A stretch of DNA of 64,000 nucleotides from Candidatus Nanoarchaeia archaeon (GCA_030700155.1 JAUYJU010000027.1:75484-139483); one strand, 5' to 3'; counted from the stretch's first letter, positions 30,108 through 40,567 are shown. The notes: generated from the letters alone by a model not told the origin. A program made the numbers and translations.

Positions 30108-32540
30108 ATGAAGGTTCAATTTTATCCAACTGATGTAGATACTATAGAGTATCAAGGAGAACAAGCAATTAGAATATTTGGAAGAACAATAGATAACAAA
30201 AGAATCTGTATTCTGGATCAGACCTTCAAGCCTTATTTCTGGGCAATTCCAAAACATGCACATAAAATTACCCAAGTAAAATGGGATATCTCAGATATGA
30301 ATGGAGTTAAAGAAGCTCAAACAGTAAAAAAGAAGATTTTAAGGCAAGAAATAGAAGCTATAAAAGTTACAGCTCTAGACTCAAAAGATGTTCCAACATT
30401 AAGATCTGAAGTAAAACGCCACGGAAGCATAAAAGAAGTTCGTGAATCTGATGTTCCTTTCTATAGACGTTACTTAATAGACAAAGGTATACACACTCTA
30501 AACCTATGTGAAGTAGAAGGAGAAGAACTAGAATTAAATCTAGATGTAGAATTAGTAATGCAAGCTAAAACAATCAAAGAAGTAGATGATAAGCCTTTAG
30601 ATAAGCCAAGAACTTTATCAATAGACATTGAAACTTATAACCCGCAAAAAATTCCAAGAGAAGACAAAGATCCAATAGTAATGATTGCTTTTGCAGGGGA
30701 TGATGGTTTTAAAAAAGTAATAACCTGGAAAGATTTTCCTAAAAAACCAGATTATGTTGAAGTTCTTAATTCAGAAGAACAGATGTTAGAAAGATTCAAG
30801 CAAGTAATTCAAGAATATGCTCCAGATTATTTAGTTACTTATTTTGGAGACGGTTTTGATTTCCCTTACATAAGCAAAAGAGCAAAACTCCACAAAGTTT
30901 CATTAGACATAAACTGGGATTACACTCCCCTAAAAGTAAATGTAAGACACGATATTCCAACCGCAAAAACAAAAGGTCTAGTTCACATAGATATTTTTAA
31001 ATTCATAAGCAGAACAATGGCCGGTGGCTTAGACACAGAAAGATACGATCTAAATTCAGTAGCACAAGAACTTTTAGGTGAAGGAAAAACAGGAGCAAAG
31101 GTTGAAGAATTAGCAAACGTATGGGACAATCAACCTGAAAGATTAAAAGAATTTGCAGAATATAATCTACAAGACACAGAAATTACTCTAAAAATTTTCC
31201 AGAAGGTACTTCCAGGACTAAATGAGTTTGTAAGATTAGTTGGTCAGCCTATTTACGAAGTTTGCAGAATGAGTTATGGGCAAATAGTTGAATGGTATTT
31301 GATGAGAAAAGCTTTTTTAAAAGACGAATTAGCTCCAGATAGACCAAAATCCGCTGAAATAACAGGAAGATTAGATCAAAAATTTGAAGGAGCTTTTGTT
31401 TTCGAGCCGGTTCCGGGAATTTACGAAAACATAGCTGTTTTCGACTTTAAATCACTATATCCAACAATCATTGCAACACATAAGTTAGACTCTTCAACTT
31501 TATCAGAAAAAGGAGTAGGAACTCCTGCGCCAGAAACAGAAATCTCAGGAAAAAAAGTTAAATTTTATTTTGATGAAAAAAAAGAAGCTTTCATTCCAGA
31601 AGAAATCAAAGAACTAATAGAAGTTAAAGGTCGTGTTTCAGATCAGTTAAAAAAAGATCCTGAAAATGCAACACTAAAAGGAAGAAGATATGCATTGAAA
31701 GTTTTAGCCAATTCAGTCTATGGTTATCTTAGTTTTAGTGGGTCAAAATGGTACTGTATAGAGGCAGGAGCATCAACTGCGGCATACGCTCGCCAGTATA
31801 TTAAAAATGCAATGAAAGAAGCAGAAGAACAAAAATTTAAAGTAATTTATGGAGACACTGATAGTTTACTGATTGTTTTAGAAAATAAAACAAAGGAAGA
31901 CGCAATTAAGTTCCAAAAATCAATAAATAAAAATCTCCCGGGATTAATGGAATTAGAATTAGAAGGGATTTTTCCAAGAGGAATTTTTGTAGGAATAAAG
32001 AGTGGAGAAAAAGGAGCAAAGAAAAAATATGCTTTATTAAAAGATAATGGAAAGATAAAGATAACTGGTTTTGAAACAATAAGGGGAGACTGGAGTATAT
32101 TAGCTAAAGAAACTCAAAATGAATTGTTAAATATAATATTAAAAGAAAATGACAAAGAAAAAGCAATAAAATATGTAAAAGAAATAATTCAAGAAGTAAA
32201 AACTGGAAAAATGCCTCTAGAAAAAATGATAATTTCCCGTCAATTAAGAAAAGATCTTTCAGATTATGAAGCAGTTGGTCCTCACGTTGCAATTGCAAAA
32301 AAAATGCAGGAAAAAGGAATTCCAGTTGGACCTGGAACTATAATTCAATTCGTAGTCAATGAAGGTAATGGGATAATAAGAGAACGCGCTAAATTACCTG
32401 AAGAATCAACCAAATACGATGTTGACTACTACCTAAAAAACCAGGTTTTACCTGCAGTAGACCCTATAATGAGTGTTTTAGGCTATACCAAAAAGGATTT
32501 AATAGAGGGAAACTCTCAAAGTACATTAGGAGATTATTAA
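30108..32540 (+). CDS. polB: Family B DNA polymerase with 3'-5' exonuclease
   Basis: Exo DIETY, TYFGDGFDFPY, YNLQD; Pol DFKSLYPTII, KVLANSVYGY, YGDTDS, KKKYA; PIP QSTLGDY. Confidence 0.97.
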   Translation: MKVQFYPTDVDTIEYQGEQAIRIFGRTIDNKRICILDQTFKPYFWAIPKHAHKITQVKWDISDMNGVKEAQTVKKKILRQEIEAIKVTALDSKDVPTLRSEVKRHGSIKEVRESDVPFYRRYLIDKGIHTLNLCEVEGEELELNLDVELVMQAKTIKEVDDKPLDKPRTLSIDIETYNPQKIPREDKDPIVMIAFAGDDGFKKVITWKDFPKKPDYVEVLNSEEQMLERFKQVIQEYAPDYLVTYFGDGFDFPYISKRAKLHKVSLDINWDYTPLKVNVRHDIPTAKTKGLVHIDIFKFISRTMAGGLDTERYDLNSVAQELLGEGKTGAKVEELANVWDNQPERLKEFAEYNLQDTEITLKIFQKVLPGLNEFVRLVGQPIYEVCRMSYGQIVEWYLMRKAFLKDELAPDRPKSAEITGRLDQKFEGAFVFEPVPGIYENIAVFDFKSLYPTIIATHKLDSSTLSEKGVGTPAPETEISGKKVKFYFDEKKEAFIPEEIKELIEVKGRVSDQLKKDPENATLKGRRYALKVLANSVYGYLSFSGSKWYCIEAGASTAAYARQYIKNAMKEAEEQKFKVIYGDTDSLLIVLENKTKEDAIKFQKSINKNLPGLMELELEGIFPRGIFVGIKSGEKGAKKKYALLKDNGKIKITGFETIRGDWSILAKETQNELLNIILKENDKEKAIKYVKEIIQEVKTGKMPLEKMIISRQLRKDLSDYEAVGPHVAIAKKMQEKGIPVGPGTIIQFVVNEGNGIIRERAKLPEESTKYDVDYYLKNQVLPAVDPIMSVLGYTKKDLIEGNSQSTLGDY

Positions 32541-33410
32541 ATGAAATTTGATCAAGACTACATTGAAGCTGGAAAAATTTCAGAAAAAGCTAGAGAGTAT
32601 GGTAAAAAGTTAATCAAAGAAGGGGCTAAAGCTCGTGATGTTGCAAATGCAGTTGAAGCAAAAATAATTGAATTAGGTGGAAAACCTTCATTCCCAGTTG
32701 ATATTTCTATAAATGGTATGGCAGCTCACGCTTGTCCAGGTCCAGAAGATGAAACAATTTTTCAAAAAGGAGATTTAGTAAAACTTGATATGGGTGCTCA
32801 TGTCAATGGAAAAGTTACAGATACAGCAGTTACAGTAGAAGTTTCAACAAATAACTGGGAAAAATTAATTGAAGCTTCTGCAAAAGCTTTGGAAAATGCA
32901 GAAAAACTTCTAAAACCAGGTGTAAAAATAAATGAAATAGGAAAAGTAATTTCTGAAACCATAAAATCCTATGGTTACAAACCAATTATAAACTTAAATG
33001 GTCATGGAATTGGTGAATATGAAGTTCACACTAAACCAACAATACCAAATTATGACAATGGCGATACAACAGAATTAAAAGAAGGTCAAACTATTGCCAT
33101 AGAACCTTTTGCAACTGTTGGTGTAGGTTTAGTAAAGGAAGGTAAACCCTCAGGAATTTATGAAATATTAAATCTAAGACCAACAAGGTCTCAAGCAGCA
33201 CGTAAAGTCCTAGAATTTATACAAAAAAATTATCAAACTTTGCCATTCTGTACAAGATGGTTATCAAAAATACCAGGTTACAAATTCGCATTAAGAACTT
33301 TAGAGCAAGAAAAAATAATTTACCAATTTGCTGAGTTACCAGAAAAATCAAACGGAATTACAAGTCAGGCAGAACATTCTTTTATGATTGGTCATGGAAG
33401 ATTAACCTAG
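32541..33410 (+). CDS. map: Methionine aminopeptidase type II
   Basis: AAHACP, KLDMGAHVNGKVTDTA, NLNGHGI..HTKP, AIEPF, AEHS. Confidence 0.96.
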   Translation: MKFDQDYIEAGKISEKAREYGKKLIKEGAKARDVANAVEAKIIELGGKPSFPVDISINGMAAHACPGPEDETIFQKGDLVKLDMGAHVNGKVTDTAVTVEVSTNNWEKLIEASAKALENAEKLLKPGVKINEIGKVISETIKSYGYKPIINLNGHGIGEYEVHTKPTIPNYDNGDTTELKEGQTIAIEPFATVGVGLVKEGKPSGIYEILNLRPTRSQAARKVLEFIQKNYQTLPFCTRWLSKIPGYKFALRTLEQEKIIYQFAELPEKSNGITSQAEHSFMIGHGRLT

Positions 33411-33434
33411 GTAATTAAGCAATAGCAGATTCTA

Positions 33435-34742
33435 TCAACAAAAATCTTCAGTTACATAAGCTTTATTATCAGAAGATATAGCAATACCAATTCCTTGTCT
33501 ATCATAGGTTTGCGTTAATATATTATTACGATGACCAGTGCTACTCATCCAACCATCCACGATACATTTCGCCAAATTAGATAATTCTTTAGTATTTCCG
33601 CAACCCTCAACATCAAAAGCTATTGGAGTAAGCATTATATTTTCAGCGATGCCATCAGTATAATAGCGAACATAAGTTTTCTTGCATAAATAATTCGCTC
33701 TTTTAGCTCTATCTGTTGGATCAAAACCCTTAAGATCATCGTGACTGAAAAAACCATTAATAGCCATATCTTCACTGTGCAGTCTTGCTATCTCCGCTAA
33801 GTTATCATCTAATGATAAAGATTTAAGACCATATATTTTTCTTTGCTCATTTATTAACGTATGTACCTCCAATTCTAAATCAGCTATATCTACCTCAAGG
33901 TTTGATGGTTGTAAATAATCTTTTGCAGAATCTGAAAAATTATTTAAGGAATTGATAAGATTAGGTCCTAAATTAATTAATAAAAACAAAATAAAACCAG
34001 CTAAAATTAAATCTCCAACATTAAATGAGTTGCTAGGAGAAATATAATTTTTAGAATGCCACAAATTTCTTTTTCTTCTAGGATAATCATCAAAATCGTC
34101 ATCCATCGAGTCAATTTTAGTTCTCTTTGAAATAAGGTTATTAGTTCCCCTACTCAAAAGTCTATTTAATGCACGACCATATTCTTCCTTTTTAGTTTCG
34201 TTTTCAGCTTCCCAAAAAGGTATATATTTTGGACATGGGTGACCATCCTTTCTCCACTCATCCATAAATAATTTATCTTCTTTACTTGTTCCTTTAAATC
34301 TAGGCATACCAGGTATTTTAGGATGCAAATGTTTCTGGCAAAATTTTTTATTACATATCTCACAATTACTTACTTCTGTTTCTTTCCTACATGGATGATA
34401 TTCGCAAAAGTCAAAACTGGGTTGTAATTTTTCAAACTTATTTACTAAATTATTCTTCTCTGAATCATAATTGGAGTCTATTCGCTTACTTCTTCTCTCA
34501 AAACCCTTAATACCTTTCTTTTTGTTAAAAAAAGTTTTTAATTCACCAATATCTGCCATATACATAATCTTATCTTTAAATTTTTGAACTAGAGGGTGCT
34601 TTCTAGATTTATAATTTTCCAAACCATCGCAATTATGTTTTTCTGGTTGAATATCATATAAACAGAATATGTCTTGACAAAATTTACAGTAACTTATCTC
34701 TAATTCTGGTTTATTCTTATTACAATGGGTACATTTTTTCAT
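33435..34742 (-). CDS. AN1-like Zn-finger(s) + TM + CAP (SCP/PR-1) domain protein
   Basis: CTHC..CKFC..FC..KHNC and CEIC..FCQKH..HPC; TM LILAGFILFLLINLG; CAP motifs INEQR, ARLHSEDM..FFSH, AENI, WMSSTGHRNNIL, TEDFC. Confidence 0.85.
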   Translation of the reverse strand: MKKCTHCNKNKPELEISYCKFCQDIFCLYDIQPEKHNCDGLENYKSRKHPLVQKFKDKIMYMADIGELKTFFNKKKGIKGFERRSKRIDSNYDSEKNNLVNKFEKLQPSFDFCEYHPCRKETEVSNCEICNKKFCQKHLHPKIPGMPRFKGTSKEDKLFMDEWRKDGHPCPKYIPFWEAENETKKEEYGRALNRLLSRGTNNLISKRTKIDSMDDDFDDYPRRKRNLWHSKNYISPSNSFNVGDLILAGFILFLLINLGPNLINSLNNFSDSAKDYLQPSNLEVDIADLELEVHTLINEQRKIYGLKSLSLDDNLAEIARLHSEDMAINGFFSHDDLKGFDPTDRAKRANYLCKKTYVRYYTDGIAENIMLTPIAFDVEGCGNTKELSNLAKCIVDGWMSSTGHRNNILTQTYDRQGIGIAISSDNKAYVTEDFC

Positions 34743-34764
34743 TTTTCATCAGACGTACACCCTT

Positions 34765-37056
34765 TTACCCCAGATAATTAACAGAATCTCCTCTTACTTG
34801 CGCACTTCTGGCTTTTCTCAAATAATTTTCTTCAATTTCCTGATACTTCTTAGCATCATTCTCAGTAATTGAAGGTTTAACTTTTTCAAGAGCTCTTTCA
34901 AAATCGCCCATGGTTACTTTTTCAGCAGCCATATCAATTCTTAATGCCAATAAAGCAGCTTCCCTACATAATGACTCAATATCTGAACCCGCATAATTCT
35001 GAGTTTTCTGTATTAAAGTGTTAAAGTCCACATCTGAATTCAGAGGCATATCTCTAGTGTGTATCTTAAAGATAGCTTCTCTTGATTGAGCATCTGGTAA
35101 ATGTGTAGAAATTATCCTGTCAAATCTTCCAGGTCTTAATAAAGCTGGATCAACCATATCAGGTCTATTAGTAGCTCCAATAACTACAACTCCAGTTAAT
35201 TCTTCAAGTCCATCCATCTCAGTCAATAACTGATTTACAACTCTTTCAGTTGATTTTGAATTTGAATCTGCTCCTCTTCTAGTTGCAATAGCATCTATCT
35301 CATCAAAGAAAATTATTGTAGGTGCACACTGTCTTGCTTTTCTAAATACTTCTCTAATACCTTTCTCAGAATCTCCAACCCATTTACTAATCAACTCAGG
35401 TCCTTTAACAGAGATAAAATTAGACTCGGATTCTGTAGCTACTGCTTTAGCTAACATAGTTTTTCCAGTTCCTGGAGGACCATACATTAAAATTCCTCTT
35501 GGGGGTTTAACTCCTAATCTCTTAAATACTTCTGGATTTTTCAATGGCCATTCAACAGCCTCTTTCAAATCTTGTTTAAGTTCTTCAAGTCCACCAACTT
35601 CACTCCATAAAACATTTGGACTTTCAATTAAAACTTCTCTTAAAGCAGAAGGTCTTACTAATCTTAAAGAATCTTTGAAATCTTCCATAGTAACTCTCAG
35701 ATTATCCAAAATTGAATCAGGAACAACGTCAGCACTAGCCTTTAATTCAGGTAATACTTTTCTAAGTACATTCATAGCAGCTTCTTTACATAAAGCCTGT
35801 AAATCAGCTCCAACAAATCCATGAGTTATTGCAGCCAAATGAGATAAATCAACATCTTTAGTTAATGGCATGTTTCTTGTATGAATTTTTAAAATACCTA
35901 ATCTTCCTTTTTTATTTGGAACTCCAATTGTAACTTCTCTGTCAAATCTTCCAGGTCTTCTTAATGCGGGATCTATTGAGTTTGGTCTATTAGTAGCTCC
36001 AATAACTACAACCCTACCACGAGATTTTAAACCATCCATAGTCGCAAGTAATTGTGCAACCATTCTTCTTTCTACTTCTCCATAAGTATCTTCTCTTTTT
36101 GGAGCAATAGCATCTATCTCATCAATAAAAATAATAGAAGGTGCATTTTTCTCAGCTTCTTCAAATATTTCTCTTATTCTTTTTTCAGATTCTCCATAGT
36201 ATTTAGATGTGATTTCAGGCCCATTAATCAATAAAAAGTTTGCATCAGCTTCATTAGCTACAACTCTTGCCAATAAAGTTTTACCTGTACCAGGCGGACC
36301 GTGTAATAAAACTCCTTTTGGAGGATCGATTCCTAATCTTTCAAATATTTCTGGGTGTTTTAAAGGCAATTCAACCATTTCCCTTACTTTTTTAACTTCT
36401 TCTTCTAATCCACCAATATCTTCATAAGTAACATCAGGAACTTTTCCTTCTTCACTTATCTCAACAGCTTTAGAAGATACTTTGATTTCAGTATTCTCAG
36501 TTATAATCACAGCTTGTTTAGGGGCTGTATCTGCAACGACAAATTTCAGACCACCAAAACCAAAGTTAGTCATAAATCCTTCTTCAAATACATTAAAAAT
36601 TTCTTCAAATGGACTTCCTGAAAAAGTTTTTCTTCTTCTTTTAGCTCCACCTAATGCAATTATATCTCCTTTCATAACTGCTCTTCCTAAAAGTCCCCTA
36701 TGGAAAACTTCAGGAGTAGCTTGAACCATAACACCTTGCTGCGCCGGAGCAATAGTAATCACTCTTGATTCTTTAACATCAGCTTTTCTTACAGCAACTT
36801 GTTCTCCAATACCAGTTCTAGCATTTCTTCTTAAAATTCCATCCATTCTAATTATTTCTTGACCAATATCAGACGGATAAGCGCGATCAACAATACCTAC
36901 AGTTTTTCTTCCACCTTCAATTTCAACTATGTCTCCAGGTTTAACCCCAATATGTCTCATAGTTTGAGAATCAATTCTAACAATACCTTTGTAAGCTTCT
37001 TCTTGTAAAGCTTCCATTACTTTTAATTTTGTATCTTTGGGGTCAATTGTTTTCAT
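34765..37056 (-). CDS. cdc48: CDC48/VAT AAA+ ATPase
   Basis: Double-psi N domain (YKGIVRID), two AAA modules [25 protein letters not shown]. Confidence 0.97.
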   Translation of the reverse strand: MKTIDPKDTKLKVMEALQEEAYKGIVRIDSQTMRHIGVKPGDIVEIEGGRKTVGIVDRAYPSDIGQEIIRMDGILRRNARTGIGEQVAVRKADVKESRVITIAPAQQGVMVQATPEVFHRGLLGRAVMKGDIIALGGAKRRRKTFSGSPFEEIFNVFEEGFMTNFGFGGLKFVVADTAPKQAVIITENTEIKVSSKAVEISEEGKVPDVTYEDIGGLEEEVKKVREMVELPLKHPEIFERLGIDPPKGVLLHGPPGTGKTLLARVVANEADANFLLINGPEITSKYYGESEKRIREIFEEAEKNAPSIIFIDEIDAIAPKREDTYGEVERRMVAQLLATMDGLKSRGRVVVIGATNRPNSIDPALRRPGRFDREVTIGVPNKKGRLGILKIHTRNMPLTKDVDLSHLAAITHGFVGADLQALCKEAAMNVLRKVLPELKASADVVPDSILDNLRVTMEDFKDSLRLVRPSALREVLIESPNVLWSEVGGLEELKQDLKEAVEWPLKNPEVFKRLGVKPPRGILMYGPPGTGKTMLAKAVATESESNFISVKGPELISKWVGDSEKGIREVFRKARQCAPTIIFFDEIDAIATRRGADSNSKSTERVVNQLLTEMDGLEELTGVVVIGATNRPDMVDPALLRPGRFDRIISTHLPDAQSREAIFKIHTRDMPLNSDVDFNTLIQKTQNYAGSDIESLCREAALLALRIDMAAEKVTMGDFERALEKVKPSITENDAKKYQEIEENYLRKARSAQVRGDSVNYLG

Positions 37057-37400
37057 CTTTTACTCCTTGAAAAAAATAAGGATAATCTATCCGGTTCTTC
37101 AAAAGCTAATCTCACCATTTTATCAAATTCTCTTTCCATAGTCTCATGGAACTCAATTATTTCACGCGGTATTGAGATTGCATATGAATTCCCAACAAGC
37201 CTTAACTTAACATTAAACTCTTTCTTCTTTAATTCTCTAAAATTTCTAAGTTCCTGCAAATCTCCAGGGTGTTCATATCTTGTATTACATTTAGAACAAT
37301 TCCAGGATCTTATTTTATAACCTTCTTTTACTATATAACCTTTATCGGTCTTTAGATTACATTTTTCACACATGATTGTTGCGTTAGATAAATCTGCCAT
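37053..37400 (-). CDS. Zn-ribbon plus AbrB/MazE-like domain protein (likely start ATG 37400)
   Basis: CEKC..CSKC; VKLRLVGNSYAISIPREI; overlaps the cdc48 start. Confidence 0.75.
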   Translation of the reverse strand: MADLSNATIMCEKCNLKTDKGYIVKEGYKIRSWNCSKCNTRYEHPGDLQELRNFRELKKKEFNVKLRLVGNSYAISIPREIIEFHETMEREFDKMVRLAFEEPDRLSLFFSRSKR

Positions 37401-37497
37401 TTTAGTATATACTGGTTGTATACACAAGAGGTATATAAATATTTCGCTTAAAAATCATAGTAGTAAACTTTAAAAAAGATAACATTTCAAAGTATTT

Positions 37498-37647
37498 ATG
37501 CAAATATCTTATTGTGATTATTGTAAAAAAGAAATAAAAGATTATACAGAAGAAATAAACCTTCTAACTGTAAAGGATGAAGATATAGATGTCTGTAAAA
37601 CTTGTTTGGATAAAGTTTTAGACGCAATTAATAAACTTAAGAATTAA
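37498..37647 (+). CDS. 49-aa CxxC..CxxC zinc-finger micro-protein (not in ORF track)
   Basis: Manual translation MQISYCDYCKKEIKDYTEEINLLTVKDEDIDVCKTCLDKVLDAINKLKN*; TATA-like CTTTAAAA upstream. Confidence 0.65.
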   Translation: MQISYCDYCKKEIKDYTEEINLLTVKDEDIDVCKTCLDKVLDAINKLKN

Positions 37648-38414
37648 TTAAAAGTTGTATCCTTTATAGCTTTAGCAGACTTTTCAATATAACTCTTAAC
37701 TTCCTCAAAATCCAAAAAAGATTCAGAAAAAGTTTCTACTCTTAATTTGCCTTCAGCATCAATACTAAATGGTTTTTCATAAGCTTTTGCAATCTCATCA
37801 AATCTTGCAGCAACATTATCTCCAGATAATCCACCAGCAATTCCAACAATAGCCTCCGGTAAAGCCTCACTTATAACTTGCATTAACTCTGAACACTTAA
37901 CTAAATCAAAATCCAAACCTTTACCCCCAGAAGGGTCAATTAATACATAATCCACTAAACCAGAATACTTCCTCAAATTTTGATGATAATCTCCAGATTC
38001 AATCGCCTGTTTAGGCATTTGAAGAATAATCTTTTTATCATTAAAATGATTCTTAATCTTATAAACCTCATTTACTTCAGGCCACGCAGAATTTATTTGT
38101 AAACCCCAATCAACCGGCACAGCAAAGTGCAACTGACAAATCTCATCATACAATCTCTCTGGTTTAGCCATATAATGATGTAAAACTGGTAAAAATTCTC
38201 TATGGACTAAATTAATAAGGTGGGTAATCTCTTTTACTGCGGGAGAGGTTTTTCCACCTACTCGCCAGTCCATAAGGCGTTTAGTAGAAGTAACAAATCC
38301 AAACATGGCAGTATAATTAGTATCTTTCAAATTTCTCTTAAACAACTCAGAAACGCATTCTACCTCTTTTTCAATCTTAAATCCAGTAATCCCAATATAA
38401 GGTTTATTTTCCAA
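37644..38414 (-). CDS. TrpF (phosphoribosylanthranilate isomerase)-like TIM-barrel protein
   Basis: IGITG N-terminal strand, VLIDPSGGKG, GIAGGLSGDNV, SIDAEGKLR phosphate-binding-type motifs. Confidence 0.6.
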   Translation of the reverse strand: MENKPYIGITGFKIEKEVECVSELFKRNLKDTNYTAMFGFVTSTKRLMDWRVGGKTSPAVKEITHLINLVHREFLPVLHHYMAKPERLYDEICQLHFAVPVDWGLQINSAWPEVNEVYKIKNHFNDKKIILQMPKQAIESGDYHQNLRKYSGLVDYVLIDPSGGKGLDFDLVKCSELMQVISEALPEAIVGIAGGLSGDNVAARFDEIAKAYEKPFSIDAEGKLRVETFSESFLDFEEVKSYIEKSAKAIKDTTFN

Positions 38415-38517
38415 TTACAACTTCCCCCTTCACCTCAATCAATATTGATTATAACTTTATAAGGATTTATCTTTTACTATCTAAATATTTAAATAGATAC
38501 AAAGAATTTTTTGTGTA

Positions 38518-39345
38518 ATGATAGCAGACATCCTGTTAACAATTCTAGCATTAGTTGGATTAACTATAGCTTCAATAGTAGATCTAAAAAAAAGAGAAAT
38601 TCCAAACTGGACGAACTTCTCAATGATAGCAATTGCATTAGCAATCAGACTGATGCATTCTTCACTAACGTCAGAATGGTTTTATTTTCTATACGGAATT
38701 TTAGGGTTTATAATTATGTTAATAACAGGAAATCTAATGTATTACACAGGTCAATGGGGCGGCGGAGACTCAAAATTATTATTCGCATTAGGGGCAATCT
38801 ATGGAACAAAACCTTATTTCCTAAAGGATTTTCCAGCACCATTTTTAATAATATTATTCATCGCAATCCTATTCACAGGGGCAATCTACAGTTTAATTTA
38901 TAGTTTAGTTTTGGCAATAAAAAATAGAAAAGAATTCATAAAAGAATTAATAAATATCAACAAAAAATTAAGAAGATTAAGATTAACAATTACTATTCCC
39001 TCAATATTAATTATAATCCTATCTTTACTATTTTTATCAAAGGAGACTGCAATACCTTTGGCAGCTTTCGCAGCAATGTTAATTATAATTACCTACTGGA
39101 TAATCTATGCAAAAGCCGTCGAAACAGCTTGTTTAGTTAAAACAATATCAATTTCTAAACTTACAGAAGGAGATTGGATAGTGGATAAAGATATTAAAAC
39201 TAGATTTAAAATAGTTAAAACAGGAGTAACATTAACTCAAATAGTTAAATTAAAAGAAGAAAATATTAAGCAAGTAACAATTAAAAACGGAGTTCCGTTT
39301 GCACCATCTTTTTTAATAGCACTAATTATAATCTTAATAATTTAA
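38518..39345 (+). CDS. Prepilin/preflagellin peptidase (A24; PibD/FlaK-like)
   Basis: SIVDLKKREIP and GGGDSKL aspartates; multiple TMs; C-terminal LTEGDWI..GVPFAPSF. Confidence 0.88.
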   Translation: MIADILLTILALVGLTIASIVDLKKREIPNWTNFSMIAIALAIRLMHSSLTSEWFYFLYGILGFIIMLITGNLMYYTGQWGGGDSKLLFALGAIYGTKPYFLKDFPAPFLIILFIAILFTGAIYSLIYSLVLAIKNRKEFIKELININKKLRRLRLTITIPSILIIILSLLFLSKETAIPLAAFAAMLIIITYWIIYAKAVETACLVKTISISKLTEGDWIVDKDIKTRFKIVKTGVTLTQIVKLKEENIKQVTIKNGVPFAPSFLIALIIILII

Positions 39346-39971
39346 GGTAGTCTCTCTTCTTCATCATCTTTCACAACTTCAACTTTGGCTTTCTTCTCAA
39401 TTTTCTCTTTTTTCTCAAATTTTATCTTGCCTTTTAATTGTTTATACATTTCATCCAAATGTTCAGCCCCAACTTCATCTGCTTTCCATAAAAAGTCCAA
39501 ACCATCATCTTCATATCTTGGAATTACATAGACCGCTACATGGGATATTCTTTGCCCAGAACCAGGTCCATTAAGAACAATGATATTTGTTCCAGCACAT
39601 TTTAATTCATCAAATAACAAAGAAGCAACTTTATTTGCAATTTTAAATATATGAGCAACTTCATCATCACTCATCTGACCAGTTACAACATAATGTTTTT
39701 TTGGTATTACTAAAGCATGACCTCTTGTAGCAGGTCTAATATCCAAAAGAGCAATCACTTTATCATCCTCATAAAGTTTTTTAGCTTCAATCTTTCCTTC
39801 AGCTACAGAACAAAATATACAACCTTGCTGTTTCTCTTGTAAAAATGCTAACTGCTCAGGACTTAAAGTTTTGGCAAATTCCTGTAATTTAATACGCTGC
39901 TCTTCTGCAGGTAATTTAGAAATATCATTTAAAGTTTTAATTTGTTTTGGAGTTAGTGGATTTTCACTCAT
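39342..39971 (-). CDS. HIT-family protein with N-terminal extension and degenerate histidine triad
   Basis: CIFC, LLDIRPATRGHALVIPKKH, NG..GQ..HVAVYVIPR. Confidence 0.8.
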   Translation of the reverse strand: MSENPLTPKQIKTLNDISKLPAEEQRIKLQEFAKTLSPEQLAFLQEKQQGCIFCSVAEGKIEAKKLYEDDKVIALLDIRPATRGHALVIPKKHYVVTGQMSDDEVAHIFKIANKVASLLFDELKCAGTNIIVLNGPGSGQRISHVAVYVIPRYEDDGLDFLWKADEVGAEHLDEMYKQLKGKIKFEKKEKIEKKAKVEVVKDDEEERLP

Positions 39972-40243
39972 CCTATACCCCTTCTGACATCTTCTACACT
40001 TACGCTAGCAACATTTTCTAATCCAGACAAAGCTTCTTCAATATCATCGCTAGTGCCTTTATCCTCATTTCTTGAAAATGTAATAAGAACGGCTTTTAAA
40101 CCAAAAGCAACTGGCTCTTCTTTAGATTCCATAACATTGCCTTCATGTTCAGAAATTATTAATTTAGCTTCCTCAGTTAATTGTGATAAATCAACTTCAG
40201 GATTAGCAGGCATTATTTTTAAGGTAACATAAACTATTGCCAT
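39968..40243 (-). CDS. ef1b: Translation elongation factor aEF-1 beta
   Basis: LKIMPANPEVDL..EPVAFGLKA..IEEAL..VASV. Confidence 0.93.
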   Translation of the reverse strand: MAIVYVTLKIMPANPEVDLSQLTEEAKLIISEHEGNVMESKEEPVAFGLKAVLITFSRNEDKGTSDDIEEALSGLENVASVSVEDVRRGIG

Positions 40244-40244
40244 T

Positions 40245-40421
40245 TTAATTAGGTCCTGTGAATTTACATTTAGAGCAAGTATATTTTGCAGCTATTGTTC
40301 TGCAGTCAATACATCTTACAATATTTACCTCGCTGCAACTAGGGCATTTGAAAATTGTACTGCCTTTTAGATTAACCAATTTCTTATTACAACTGTTGCA
40401 GTTACATGGTGCTTCTAACAT
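40245..40421 (-). CDS. Small Zn-ribbon RNA-binding protein (DUF1610 / HVO_2753-like)
   Basis: CNSC..FKCPSC..RCIDCR..YTCSKCKFTGPN; conventional position upstream of ef1b. Confidence 0.85.
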   Translation of the reverse strand: MLEAPCNCNSCNKKLVNLKGSTIFKCPSCSEVNIVRCIDCRTIAAKYTCSKCKFTGPN

Positions 40422-40476
40422 GAACACTAATTCATAACTAAATATTTATAAAGCTTTCCTATGATATTACTATCGT

Positions 40477-40563
40477 GGGCGAGTAGTATAGCTTGGACAG
40501 TACGCGACCTTGCGGACAAGGGGTAAAAAGGTTGTAACCGAGGTTCAAATCCTCGCTCGCCCG
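40477..40563 (+). tRNA. tRNA-Arg (GCG) with a 13-nt intron at 37/38 (40516-40528)
   Basis: GGGCGAG/CTCGCCC acceptor, CGAGG-TTCAAAT-CCTCG T arm; removing ACAAGGGGTAAAA gives CGACC-TT GCG GA-GGTTG; TTGC pairs with intron GTAA as the BHB central helix. Confidence 0.85.
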
Positions 40564-40567
40564 TATC

